14,758 bases of DNA from Candidatus Pacearchaeota archaeon. GTDB lineage: Archaea; Nanobdellota; Nanobdellia; Pacearchaeales; GW2011-AR1. The notes beneath the pieces were generated by a model, which saw only the letters and a list, made by a program, of their open reading frames with translations, did not search any database and was not told the DNA's origin. The stretch covers positions 1 to 14,758 of the forward strand of contig JASFEO010000019.1 in the NCBI GenBank assembly GCA_050124795.1. Direction: 5' to 3'. The translations under genes were made by a program, and so were the position numbers. Shown here piece by piece: positions 1-8,553 of this stretch (position 1 is its first letter; each line of letters opens with the position of its first letter).

Positions 1-96
1 TCTTGGAGAATGAGATACAATCATTTTCGACCTCACACGAGCCTAAAAAGAAAAACTCCTGATGAAGTTTATAATGATTTTAGTTTGTTATTTTAG
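1..96 (+). mobile_element. C-terminal fragment of IS481/IS3-type DDE transposase (integrase core), truncated by the window edge
   Basis: Frame 1 reads SWRMRYNHFRPHTSLKRKTPDEVYNDFSLLF*, matching the YNxxRPHxSLxxxTPxEVY tail of integrase-core transposases. Confidence 0.85.
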
Positions 97-99
97 CCT

Positions 100-124
100 A
101 CGACATATGTCAGGTGGGAGCACA
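100..124. repeat. Probable right terminal region of the IS element
   Basis: ACGACATATGTCAGGTGGGAGCACA follows the transposase stop, is GC-rich relative to its flanks and ends in ACA, like the TGT...ACA termini of IS481 elements. The partner end is outside the window. Confidence 0.45.
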
Positions 125-186
125 CTTGAAGTTAAAAATCAGTAAGATATAAAAATATTCTTTTTCTTGAATGATAAAAGAGGAAA

Positions 187-714
187 ATGAAATTAGCAAT
201 TATCGGAATTCAGGGAAGCGGCAAGGGAACTCAGGCAAAACTTATTGCAAAAAAATTCAAACTAAAAAGAATTTCTGTTGGAGAACTCCTAAGAAAAGAA
301 ATTAAGAAAAAATCAAGACGAGGAAAGATTCTTGTGAAATACATGAACAAAGGATTGCTCGCGCCAAACAGAATCGTCAACAAAATAATCTTAGAAAATA
401 TCCCAAAAAATAATTTTATAATTGATGGTTTTCCAAGAGATAAAAGACAACTCCGAACTGCAAAAAAAATTAATCCTGATAAAGTCATTCTTTTGACTCT
501 TCCAAAAAAAGAAGTTTACAAAAGAATTAAATTAAGAAAAAAAATAGAATCCAGAACTGACGACGCAGAAAAATCACTTGAGGCCAGATTGAGAATATTT
601 TATAAACAATCTCCAAAGATTATTAAGTTTTTTAAAAATAAATTAGTGAAGATAAATGGAAATCAGTCAAGAAAAAAAGTTTTCTTGGATATTGTGAAAA
701 AGTTGAAAAAATAA
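187..714 (+). CDS. adk: Adenylate kinase / NMP kinase (short LID)
   Basis: P-loop GIQGSGKGTQA, ISVGELLR, IDGFPR and RTDD motifs. Confidence 0.9.
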   Translation: MKLAIIGIQGSGKGTQAKLIAKKFKLKRISVGELLRKEIKKKSRRGKILVKYMNKGLLAPNRIVNKIILENIPKNNFIIDGFPRDKRQLRTAKKINPDKVILLTLPKKEVYKRIKLRKKIESRTDDAEKSLEARLRIFYKQSPKIIKFFKNKLVKINGNQSRKKVFLDIVKKLKK

Positions 715-746
715 AAATTTATAATCTCTCAATTATTAATTATTTT

Positions 747-1199
747 ATGAAACATAAAATTATAATCTCAGAAAAAACATTTGAAAAAGCAAGGAAAAAA
801 ATTCGTGAGAACTCTGACAAGGAAATTATTTTTTCTTCATTTGATGATGAATTAAACAGAAAAATTCTTGAAAAAGAAAAGATAGACATTCTTTTAATTA
901 GTTTATTAAATCGACAGGATTTTTCTAAACAAAGAAATTCTGGTTTTAATCAGGTCTTGGCAAAGATTGCAAAAAAACAAAATATTGTAATTGGAATAAA
1001 TTTAGAAGAAGTGATTAATTCTAATGAAAATGAAAAAGCTAAGATTTTAGCGAGGATAAAACAAAATATAAAATTGTGCAACAAGAATAAATTGAAAATG
1101 AAATTTATTTCTCCAACAAAAATAAAAAGAAATATTTATGATTTGAAATCTCTTGGTTTAGTTTTGGGCATGCCGACCTGGATGGTGAAAGATTTGTAA
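747..1199 (+). CDS. RNase P subunit Rpp30-like protein (short)
   Basis: QRNSGFNQVLAKIAKKQNIVIGIN...ILARIKQNIKLC...RNIYDLKSLGLVLGM resembles the C-terminal part of archaeal Rpp30. Confidence 0.7.
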   Translation: MKHKIIISEKTFEKARKKIRENSDKEIIFSSFDDELNRKILEKEKIDILLISLLNRQDFSKQRNSGFNQVLAKIAKKQNIVIGINLEEVINSNENEKAKILARIKQNIKLCNKNKLKMKFISPTKIKRNIYDLKSLGLVLGMPTWMVKDL

Positions 1200-1239
1200 A
1201 ACCAATAACTTTTTTAATATCCTAAATTAATCTTTTATT

Positions 1240-2748
1240 ATGAACAAATTACTTGAATCATTAAGTCCAAATGAACGCAAAGTTTTGCCGCATATTGAAG
1301 AGAAAATAACAGATATTTGCAAGAAGTCAAATTTAGATAAGGTTTCAGTGATGAGGGCACTTGAATATTTGCAAAATAAAAAAATTCTTAGTTTGAAAAC
1401 TCAAAAGAAAAAAATTGTTGAAGTAGGTGTTAATGGGGCGCTGTATTTGAAAAAGGGCTTGCCTGAAAGGCGGCTTTTGCATTTACTTGATGAAAAAAGA
1501 ATTATTGGGTTAAAAGATGCGCAGAAGTTGAGCAAATTATCTCCTAATGAGTTTAAGGCTTCAATTGGCGCCTTAAAGAAAAAGGCAATGATTGATTTGA
1601 GAAATGGCAAAATTATTTTGAGTGCCGCAAAAACAGAAATTGCAAAAAAAAGTTTAGAAGAGATTTTTTTAGAGAAGCTTCCAGTTGAATTTGATAAATT
1701 ATCTCCTGAAGAAAAATTTGCATTAAAAAATTTACAATCAAGAAAAGAAATTATTGAAATTACTGAAGAAAAGAAAATTGAAATTGAAGTAAGTGATGTT
1801 GGAAAAAAACTTCTTAAGACAAAGATTGACGAAGGGAATTTAATTGAAGCCATTACTCCTGAACTTTTGAAAAAAGAACAAAACTGGAAAAAGAAAAAAT
1901 TCCGTCGCTATGATGTTACAAGTCCTGTTCCAAAAATTTTCGGAGGCAAGAGACATTTTGTAAATCAAGCAAGTGATTATGCAAGAAGAGTCTGGATGGA
2001 TATGGGGTTTAAAGAAATGACCGGAGACTTTGTCCAAAATGCTTTTTGGGTTTTTGATGCACTCTTCACTCCGCAGGATCATCCTGTCAGGGAAATGCAG
2101 GATACTTTTTACATAGATAAAGAAGGAGAATTACCTGATAAAAAGATTGTTGAGGCTGTCAGGAAGGCGCATGAGAAAGGCGTGGATAATAGTTTAGGTT
2201 GGAGATATGATTGGAGTGAGAAAGAAGCAAAGAGACTTTTAATGAGGCCTCATACAACTGTTTTGTCAGCGCAAACTTTAAGCAAGTTAAAAGAAAAAGG
2301 CATGCCTGCGAAGTTTTTCGTTATTTCAAAAAATTTCAGAAATGAAACAGTTGACTGGTGCCATGGTTTTGAGTTTAATCAGACAGATGGAATAGTTGTT
2401 GATGAGAATGCAAATTTTAGACATCTCTTGGGGTACTTAAAACAATTTTTTAATAAAATGGGTTTTCCAAAAGTAAGATTCAGACCAGCGTATTTTGCAT
2501 ATACAGAACCTTCAGTTGAAATTGATGTTTTTCATCCTGAAAAAAAAGCCTGGCTTGAACTTGGAGGCGCAGGAATGTTCAGACCAGAAGTTACAATCCC
2601 CCTCCTCGGAAAACACATTCCGGTTCTGGCATGGGGTCCTGGATTTGACAGAATCTTAATGGATTATTATAAGATAAAAGACTTAAGAGAACTTTACAAA
2701 AATAATTTAACTAAATTAAGAGAAATGAAATTTTGGATAAAGGAATAA
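1240..2748 (+). CDS. pheS: Phenylalanine-tRNA ligase alpha subunit (archaeal type)
   Basis: N-terminal extension with GLPERRL, plus FDALFTPQDHPVREMQDTFY, RPHTT, FRNE, RFRPAYFAYTEPS and ELGGAGMFRPEV. Confidence 0.97.
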   Translation: MNKLLESLSPNERKVLPHIEEKITDICKKSNLDKVSVMRALEYLQNKKILSLKTQKKKIVEVGVNGALYLKKGLPERRLLHLLDEKRIIGLKDAQKLSKLSPNEFKASIGALKKKAMIDLRNGKIILSAAKTEIAKKSLEEIFLEKLPVEFDKLSPEEKFALKNLQSRKEIIEITEEKKIEIEVSDVGKKLLKTKIDEGNLIEAITPELLKKEQNWKKKKFRRYDVTSPVPKIFGGKRHFVNQASDYARRVWMDMGFKEMTGDFVQNAFWVFDALFTPQDHPVREMQDTFYIDKEGELPDKKIVEAVRKAHEKGVDNSLGWRYDWSEKEAKRLLMRPHTTVLSAQTLSKLKEKGMPAKFFVISKNFRNETVDWCHGFEFNQTDGIVVDENANFRHLLGYLKQFFNKMGFPKVRFRPAYFAYTEPSVEIDVFHPEKKAWLELGGAGMFRPEVTIPLLGKHIPVLAWGPGFDRILMDYYKIKDLRELYKNNLTKLREMKFWIKE

Positions 2749-2768
2749 AAATTGCAAAGCAATTTTTA
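2746..2768 (+). terminator. Inverted repeat at the pheS stop (possible terminator or operator)
   Basis: TAAAAATTGC-AAA-GCAATTTTTA is a perfect 10-bp inverted repeat, but it is AT-rich. Confidence 0.35.
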
Positions 2769-2795
2769 ATAAAGTAAAGAGTTTAGAAAATGAAC

Positions 2796-2807
2796 AAAGT
2801 TTATAAA
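2796..2807 (+). promoter_or_regulatory. BRE/TATA promoter for the NYN gene
   Basis: CAAAGTTTATAAA, giving a predicted transcription start near 2830. Confidence 0.55.
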
Positions 2808-2838
2808 CTATTCAACATTAGAAATATTAATTTAAGTC

Positions 2839-2870
2839 CCCGGTATCTTCTTTTGAACATGCCGGGTTTT
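2839..2870 (+). promoter_or_regulatory. GC-rich stem-loop in the 5' leader of the NYN gene
   Basis: CCCGGTAT-C-TTC-TTTT-GAA-C-ATGCCGGG followed by TTTT. SD GGAGG lies at 2883-2887. Confidence 0.6.
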
Positions 2871-2895
2871 ATAGTTTTTCTTGGAGGATTTTTCT

Positions 2896-3528
2896 ATGGC
2901 TAAACGAACAATTGTATTTGTTGATGCAAATAATTGGTATCATAATATCAAATACTTAATCCAACCGAGCAAAGTGGATATTTGCAAGGTAGCAAAAATG
3001 ATTTCTGATGAGAAAGATTTAGAAATCTTAGAAATTCGTTGGTATACTTCAATGCCTGATGTTAAAGATAATCATTTGGTTTACAAGATTCAAAGAGCTT
3101 TTCTTGGAAGACTTCAAAAACGAGGAGTGAAAATTATAACAAGAAAATTACAGAAGCTATCAAATAAAGAAGTAAAAAAGAAAAGGCAGGATTTTATTGA
3201 ATCATGGGATTTATGCAAGGTTTGCAAACCCTTGGTTGAAGCGAGTTTTCTTGAAATGTCTGACAATTTTCAAAAGGAAAAAGGAATTGATGTCTGGATT
3301 GCAATTGATACGGTGAAAGAAGCAATAAGAAATAAAATTGATTGCGCGATTTTAATTTCAGGAGATGCAGATTTTGTACCTGCACTTGACCTGATTAAAG
3401 AGATTGGAAAAGAAGTTTTAAGTTCATCTGTTTCAAAAGGCTATTCAAATGAGTTAAGGCAAAAGTTTCCCTACATGATTCTAAACAAAGAAAAATTAAA
3501 TAAATGCTTAATTGATTATAAAAAATAA
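2896..3528 (+). CDS. NYN domain (LabA/DUF88, PIN-like) ribonuclease with CxxC insert
   Basis: VFVDANN, EKGIDVWIAID, AILISGDADFVPAL and SNELR motifs. Start placed at ATG 2896, after GGAGG. Confidence 0.9.
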   Translation: MAKRTIVFVDANNWYHNIKYLIQPSKVDICKVAKMISDEKDLEILEIRWYTSMPDVKDNHLVYKIQRAFLGRLQKRGVKIITRKLQKLSNKEVKKKRQDFIESWDLCKVCKPLVEASFLEMSDNFQKEKGIDVWIAIDTVKEAIRNKIDCAILISGDADFVPALDLIKEIGKEVLSSSVSKGYSNELRQKFPYMILNKEKLNKCLIDYKK

Positions 3529-3529
3529 A

Positions 3530-3880
3530 ATGGAAATAAAAAAAGCACAGGAAAAAGTAGATGATTTAATTAATCACTACGGAGGATACTGGGGGTCTCT
3601 TTCAATGCTTGCGAGATTAGTTGAAGAAGTCGGAGAACTATCCCGTGCAATGAACATAAAACATGGAGGAAAAAGAGCAAAGTTCGACGGAGATGGTCGG
3701 GACATTGAAAAAGAATTGTCAGATTGTTTGTTTACTATTCTCGCGATTGCAGAAAAAGAAGGAATTGATTTGGACAAAGAATTTGAAGAAAAAATTTTGT
3801 CAGATTATGAAAAATGCAAAGGAGTTTATGACAAAGCAGAAAGAAAAATTAAATGCGAAAGTGATGAAGGATTACAATGA
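3530..3880 (+). CDS. Single-domain MazG-type nucleotide pyrophosphohydrolase
   Basis: LARLVEEVGELSRA...EKELSDCLF matches the EExxE...ExxD motif. The ATG is 1 nt after the NYN stop. Confidence 0.9.
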   Translation: MEIKKAQEKVDDLINHYGGYWGSLSMLARLVEEVGELSRAMNIKHGGKRAKFDGDGRDIEKELSDCLFTILAIAEKEGIDLDKEFEEKILSDYEKCKGVYDKAERKIKCESDEGLQ

Positions 3881-4143
3881 AAAATAAAGAACCAATAGAA
3901 GGATGTGTGCATATAATTTTTAGAGATGGAAAACCAGTAAATGTATTTACTCATATAAGCAAGACTCCAAAGAATGGTGTTGTTCATTTTAAGGGGGATA
4001 AAATTTATACTTTAGAAGGATTCAAAAAATCACATATTTTTGACAAAGATGAAATAGATAAAAAGCATAAAAAGAAGATTACTGTGTGTAAGTATGTTAC
4101 AATAAAAGAATATAAAAAATTAAAAGAGAAAATAAAGAAATGA
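3877..4143 (+). CDS. Hypothetical protein (88 aa)
   Basis: ATGA overlaps with both neighbouring genes indicate translational coupling. Confidence 0.6.
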   Translation: MKNKEPIEGCVHIIFRDGKPVNVFTHISKTPKNGVVHFKGDKIYTLEGFKKSHIFDKDEIDKKHKKKITVCKYVTIKEYKKLKEKIKK

Positions 4144-4475
4144 AAAACAAGGAAAAAATAAAATTATTAAGTATATGTAAGGGAGAGTATAGAAGCGAGT
4201 ATAGTTTTCAAAAAAATACTAATTCAATAATAACAATAAGAGATATTTTGATTGATTTGGGATTTGAGGAACCAGAGATAGTGCATTATTTTGATGATAT
4301 TTTTGATAACCAAAATTTAGAAAAATATAATCAAGAGACAAGCGGATTTTGGACTAAAGATTATTCAGTAAACATTATCTTCTTTGAAAAAGAGATTAAT
4401 TTAATTTTTAATTATAATAAAGATAATCAGGAGAAAATTTCAAAAGCAATCAATAAATTTACTTTAGAAGAATAA
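4140..4475 (+). CDS. Hypothetical protein (111 aa)
   Basis: ATGA overlap with the upstream ORF and TAATG overlap with pheT. Confidence 0.65.
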   Translation: MKNKEKIKLLSICKGEYRSEYSFQKNTNSIITIRDILIDLGFEEPEIVHYFDDIFDNQNLEKYNQETSGFWTKDYSVNIIFFEKEINLIFNYNKDNQEKISKAINKFTLEE

Positions 4476-6118
4476 TGGCAATACTAAACATAAACAAAAA
4501 AACTTTTGAAAAAGAAATTGGAAAGTTCAGTGAAGAGATGCAGGAAAGAATTGCAATGTTTGGAACACCAATTGAAGCAATTACTGAAGAAGAAATTCAA
4601 CTGGAAATTTTTCCTAACAGGCCAGACATGCTGTCTTATCAGGGTTTCAAAAGAAGTTTTTTGAGTTTCTTAAATAAAAAAACAGGTCTTGCAAAATATA
4701 AAATTTTTCCTCCTGAAAAAAATTACAAAATTATTATTGACAAATCTGTTGAAAATATTCGGCCGTTTACTGCATGCGCAATTGTTAAAGGACTTAAATT
4801 TAACGATGAGAAAATTAAAGAAATAATTGAAGTTCAGGAAAAAATCCATATCACCCTTGGGAGAAAGAGAAAAAAACTTGCAATAGGAATTTACCCTCTT
4901 GAAAAAATTAAACTCCCCGTAACTTTCAAGGCGCTCGAACCTGACAAAATAAAATTCATTCCACTAGAATCTCCTCGTGAAATGTCTGGCTTGGAAATTT
5001 TGCAAAGGCATCCTACTGGCAGAGACTATGCGCATCTTTTGGCTGGAAAAGAAAAATTTCCAATTTTTACTGATGCTGACAATAAAGTTTTGAGCATGCC
5101 GCCAATTATTAATTCTCATGACACCGGAAAAATAACTGAAAACACAAAAGAAGTTTTTATTGAGTGTTCTGGTTTTGATTTTGAAGTCTTGCAAAAATGC
5201 CTTAACATAATTGTGACAACCTTGGCTGACATGGGAGGACGAGTTTATCAGATGGAACTTGGTTACAAAAAGAAAAAAATTACTCCCGACTTAACACCTC
5301 AAAAAATGAAATTAAAAATTGAAAACACAAATCAGCAGCTTGGATTAAAATTAGAAGAAAAAGAAGTTAAAAAATTAATTGAAAAAATGGGGCATAACTA
5401 TAACAAAGGAGATGTTGAAAGCCCTTCGTGGAGAACAGATATCCTGCATGAAGTTGACTTAATTGAGGATATTGCGATTAGTTATGGTTATGAAAACTTT
5501 GAACCAATTATCCCATCGATTTCTACAATTGGTGAAGAAGATTTTAAGGAATCTGTTAAAAGAAAAATTTCTGAAGTTTTAACTGGCTTGGAATTTTTAG
5601 AAGTTTCTAATTTTCACTTGACAAAAAAAGAAGATCAGTTCACAAAAATGGGAGTTGGTGAAAAAGATGAAAAAGGCTTTATTGAAGTTGAGGAATCAAA
5701 AACAGATTATACGGTTCTAAGAAAAGATTTAAGTCATTATCTTTTGAAAAATTTTGCAGAGAATACTGATTCAGAATATCCTCAGAAGATTTTTGAAGTA
5801 GGGCGAGTCTTTAATAAAGAAACAAAAATAATTGAAGAAGATAAATTAAGCTTAGGGATTACTCCGGGAAATTTTACTGAATGTAAACAGGTTTTGGAAT
5901 ATTTGGGAAAGATGCTTGGTTTAGATTTTGAAGTCAAGGAAGCTGAAAATTTTCCAGTTCATTTTATTGACGGAAGAGTTGCAGAAATTTTATTAAATAA
6001 AAAAGTAATTGGATTTATTGGGGAGATTCATCCCAAGATTTTAAGAAACTGGAAAATAAAAATGTCAGTTAGTATTTTTGAAATTTCACTTGGGGAAATT
6101 TTTGAGAAGTTGAGGTAA
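4475..6118 (+). CDS. pheT: Phenylalanine-tRNA ligase beta subunit (archaeal type)
   Basis: PNRPDMLS, QEKIH...GRKRKKLAIGIY, LSMPPIINS, RTDILHEVDLIEDIAI and GEIHP motifs. Confidence 0.97.
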   Translation: MAILNINKKTFEKEIGKFSEEMQERIAMFGTPIEAITEEEIQLEIFPNRPDMLSYQGFKRSFLSFLNKKTGLAKYKIFPPEKNYKIIIDKSVENIRPFTACAIVKGLKFNDEKIKEIIEVQEKIHITLGRKRKKLAIGIYPLEKIKLPVTFKALEPDKIKFIPLESPREMSGLEILQRHPTGRDYAHLLAGKEKFPIFTDADNKVLSMPPIINSHDTGKITENTKEVFIECSGFDFEVLQKCLNIIVTTLADMGGRVYQMELGYKKKKITPDLTPQKMKLKIENTNQQLGLKLEEKEVKKLIEKMGHNYNKGDVESPSWRTDILHEVDLIEDIAISYGYENFEPIIPSISTIGEEDFKESVKRKISEVLTGLEFLEVSNFHLTKKEDQFTKMGVGEKDEKGFIEVEESKTDYTVLRKDLSHYLLKNFAENTDSEYPQKIFEVGRVFNKETKIIEEDKLSLGITPGNFTECKQVLEYLGKMLGLDFEVKEAENFPVHFIDGRVAEILLNKKVIGFIGEIHPKILRNWKIKMSVSIFEISLGEIFEKLR

Positions 6119-6123
6119 AAAGA

Positions 6124-6561
6124 GTGGAAAAACAAAAAGCATTAGATTATCTTTTAATTCCAACTGGATGGAAAAAACAAAGAAAAAAAAGAGCTCTAAA
6201 AGAAATTAAAAAAAGAAAAATAAAAAATATTTTTATCTTAAATGGGAAAAACAGTGAAGAAGATATTCTTGATTTAGGAAAAATACTAAAGGGCAAAGAA
6301 AGAATTGGAATTGTTACTTTCCCCCTGCATTTTAGAGAATATGAATTAATAATTAAAAAAGCTCAAAAACAAAAAAAGTTTTCAAAGGAAATTATTCTTG
6401 AAAATATAGAAACTAAAGAAACAATAAAGCAATTTATCTATGGGATATTGGGATTATTAGATGAAGAATTAATTGAAGGAAAAGTGGATTATGTAGAGAA
6501 TAAACCAAAAAATTATTTTATTTTCAAATTGAGGAAGTTTATTAAAAATTGTTTAGCTTAA
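6124..6561 (+). CDS. Hypothetical protein, possibly a degenerate DUF218/YdcF-like fold
   Basis: Starts 5 nt after pheT. GIVTFPLHFRE weakly resembles the VTxxxHxxR motif of DUF218. Confidence 0.5.
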   Translation: MEKQKALDYLLIPTGWKKQRKKRALKEIKKRKIKNIFILNGKNSEEDILDLGKILKGKERIGIVTFPLHFREYELIIKKAQKQKKFSKEIILENIETKETIKQFIYGILGLLDEELIEGKVDYVENKPKNYFIFKLRKFIKNCLA

Positions 6562-6581
6562 AAATTTAGAACTATAAAAAA

Positions 6582-7337
6582 TTACCTTTTTAACTTTCTT
6601 TTCAAATCCCTTGCTTTTTTATATTTGTAAAGCAACCATTCACTTAATCCTGAAAGCATTGGAGCAGAGGCTTTGATTTCCAGTTCACTTAATGAAACAG
6701 ATTTCTCAAAAAAAGATTCATATGTTTTCCAGCCTTTTTTGACAATGTCGCTATACATTATATAAAGAAGAGGACTTTTTCCCGGTTTTCTTGATTCCGG
6801 CAAAATATTTAATTCCCCTTCGTGCCATGCAGGAAGACTGAATTTGATTGGAAAAGGATAATCTGCAAAAGAATTTCTTACAACATAATTTTGGATATTT
6901 AAGATTCTTGCTGCATCTCTTGTGCTTTCATCCCCCTGATGATTTGGAGGAACAAGTCCTGTAATTTGTAATTCCCCTATTTCATTTTCTAATAATTTTA
7001 TCCCTGCATTAGTGTTCTCATATTGGGTTGTAATGTCCTGTGCGGTTCCATTCGCGCAAACATATTCATGATAGGGGTCGCGACCTTCTAAGAAACATCC
7101 TTCACAGCAATGACGATAACCCTCCATAAATATAGGGGCTTCTGCTATTGGCAACATTCCCAAACTTATTTTTGAATTTTTGGAATAGAAATTATTATCC
7201 CCATGAACCTCCGGGCGAATTTTTCTTCCACTCTCGAAACTCATTTCAGAGTCAAAAAGATTTGGAACAAGTGAAGCACTTACTCTCGGACCAAATGGCA
7301 AGATATTTTCTCTTAATATTCTTCCTTCATCAGGCAT
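6582..7337 (-). CDS. Hypothetical protein (251 aa, contains HCCEGC)
   Basis: Long ORF with ATG start; family not recognised. Confidence 0.7.
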   Translation of the reverse strand: MPDEGRILRENILPFGPRVSASLVPNLFDSEMSFESGRKIRPEVHGDNNFYSKNSKISLGMLPIAEAPIFMEGYRHCCEGCFLEGRDPYHEYVCANGTAQDITTQYENTNAGIKLLENEIGELQITGLVPPNHQGDESTRDAARILNIQNYVVRNSFADYPFPIKFSLPAWHEGELNILPESRKPGKSPLLYIMYSDIVKKGWKTYESFFEKSVSLSELEIKASAPMLSGLSEWLLYKYKKARDLKRKLKR

Positions 7338-7343
7338 GAATTG

Positions 7344-7368
7344 ATAGTGAACTAATAGTGAACTAATA
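7344..7368. repeat. 11-bp tandem repeat
   Basis: ATAGTGAACTA twice plus ATA, directly upstream of the 7337 start codon. Confidence 0.8.
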
Positions 7369-7501
7369 CATTATATTTCATACTAATTAAGAAATCTTTC
7401 CTCTTTTAAAGTTTTTGAATCTAAACTATTTGCTGATTGCACCAACTGGGCAGGATTTAATTTTTAAGAGAATTTATAAAACTATTTTTCTTTTTCTTTT
7501 A

Positions 7502-8380
7502 ATGGATAATGAAAAAATTTTGAAGGCCGGGAGAATTGCAAAAGAAGTTGTAGAGTTCGCAAAGTCAATAATTAAAAAAGATAAATCTCTTTTAGAAATT
7601 GCCGAGGACATAGAAAATAAGGTTTTTGAACTTGGAGGAGAACCTGCATTTCCGGTTAACTTAAGTATAAATTCTGTTGCCGCGCATTTTACTCCGTTCC
7701 ACGACGATAAAACTTTAGCTTATGGGTTATTAAAAGTTGATATTGGAGTTCATGTCCAAGGAAACATTGCAGACACTGCCTTTAGTATTGATTTAGAAAA
7801 TTCAGAAGTTAATAAAAAATTAATTTTATCAACTGAGAACGCGTTGCAAGAAGCAATTAAAATTTCTAAAAATGGAATTAGTGTAAATGAGATTGGAAAA
7901 AAAGTTACTGAAACAATTGAGGCCGAAGGTTTCTCGCCAATTGTAAATTTAGGTGGTCATGGTCTGAAAGAATATGAAGCTCATGCAGAACCTTTTATCC
8001 CGAATGTTGATAATCATGATTTAACAAAATTAAAAAATGGGCTTTTTGCAATTGAGCCTTTTGCAACAAATGGAAATGGCAGAGTTCACGACGGTCAGCC
8101 TCATGGGATTTATATTTTAATGAATAATAAAAATATTAGAAGTCCGATCGCGCGCGAAGTTTTGAAATTTATTGAAGAAGAATATCCGACCTTGCCCTTT
8201 GCATCGCGCTGGATTGTAAAAAAGTTCGGTGCAAAAGCCTTGTTTGGATTAAACCAATTAGAGCAAAATGAAAACATCCATCATTTCCCGCAATTAATTG
8301 AAACAGGCAAAGGAATTGTTGCGCAAGCAGAACACACAATTTTAATTAATAATCAGGAAGTAAAAGTTACAACAAGATAA
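7502..8380 (+). CDS. map: Methionine aminopeptidase type II
   Basis: AFPVNLSIN..AAHFTP, KVDIGVHV.G.IADTA, GH, FAIEPFAT and VAQAEHT motifs. TTTATAAA about 21 nt upstream supports ATG 7502. Confidence 0.95.
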   Translation: MDNEKILKAGRIAKEVVEFAKSIIKKDKSLLEIAEDIENKVFELGGEPAFPVNLSINSVAAHFTPFHDDKTLAYGLLKVDIGVHVQGNIADTAFSIDLENSEVNKKLILSTENALQEAIKISKNGISVNEIGKKVTETIEAEGFSPIVNLGGHGLKEYEAHAEPFIPNVDNHDLTKLKNGLFAIEPFATNGNGRVHDGQPHGIYILMNNKNIRSPIAREVLKFIEEEYPTLPFASRWIVKKFGAKALFGLNQLEQNENIHHFPQLIETGKGIVAQAEHTILINNQEVKVTTR

Positions 8381-8553
8381 GCTGGGCAAGTCAATAAATT
8401 CAGGGTATAATTTTTAGAATATCTTGATAAGCTTTCCATCATCCCTTTCATATTGTGTTTTTCTCAAAATTTTTCTTAATGTTCCCTGATAATCTTTCAT
8501 AATCTATTATAAATCTTTTAATTTCAAAAAATTTATATTATAAAAAATATAGA

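Noticed and set aside
7446-8388. CTGGGCA on both sides of map
   Set aside because: Only 7 bp, and compatible with chance.
8414-8500. 28-codon minus-strand ORF MKDYQGTLRKILRKTQYERDDGKLIKIF
   Set aside because: Too short, no recognisable motif, and promoter spacing is unconvincing. It could be a gene remnant.
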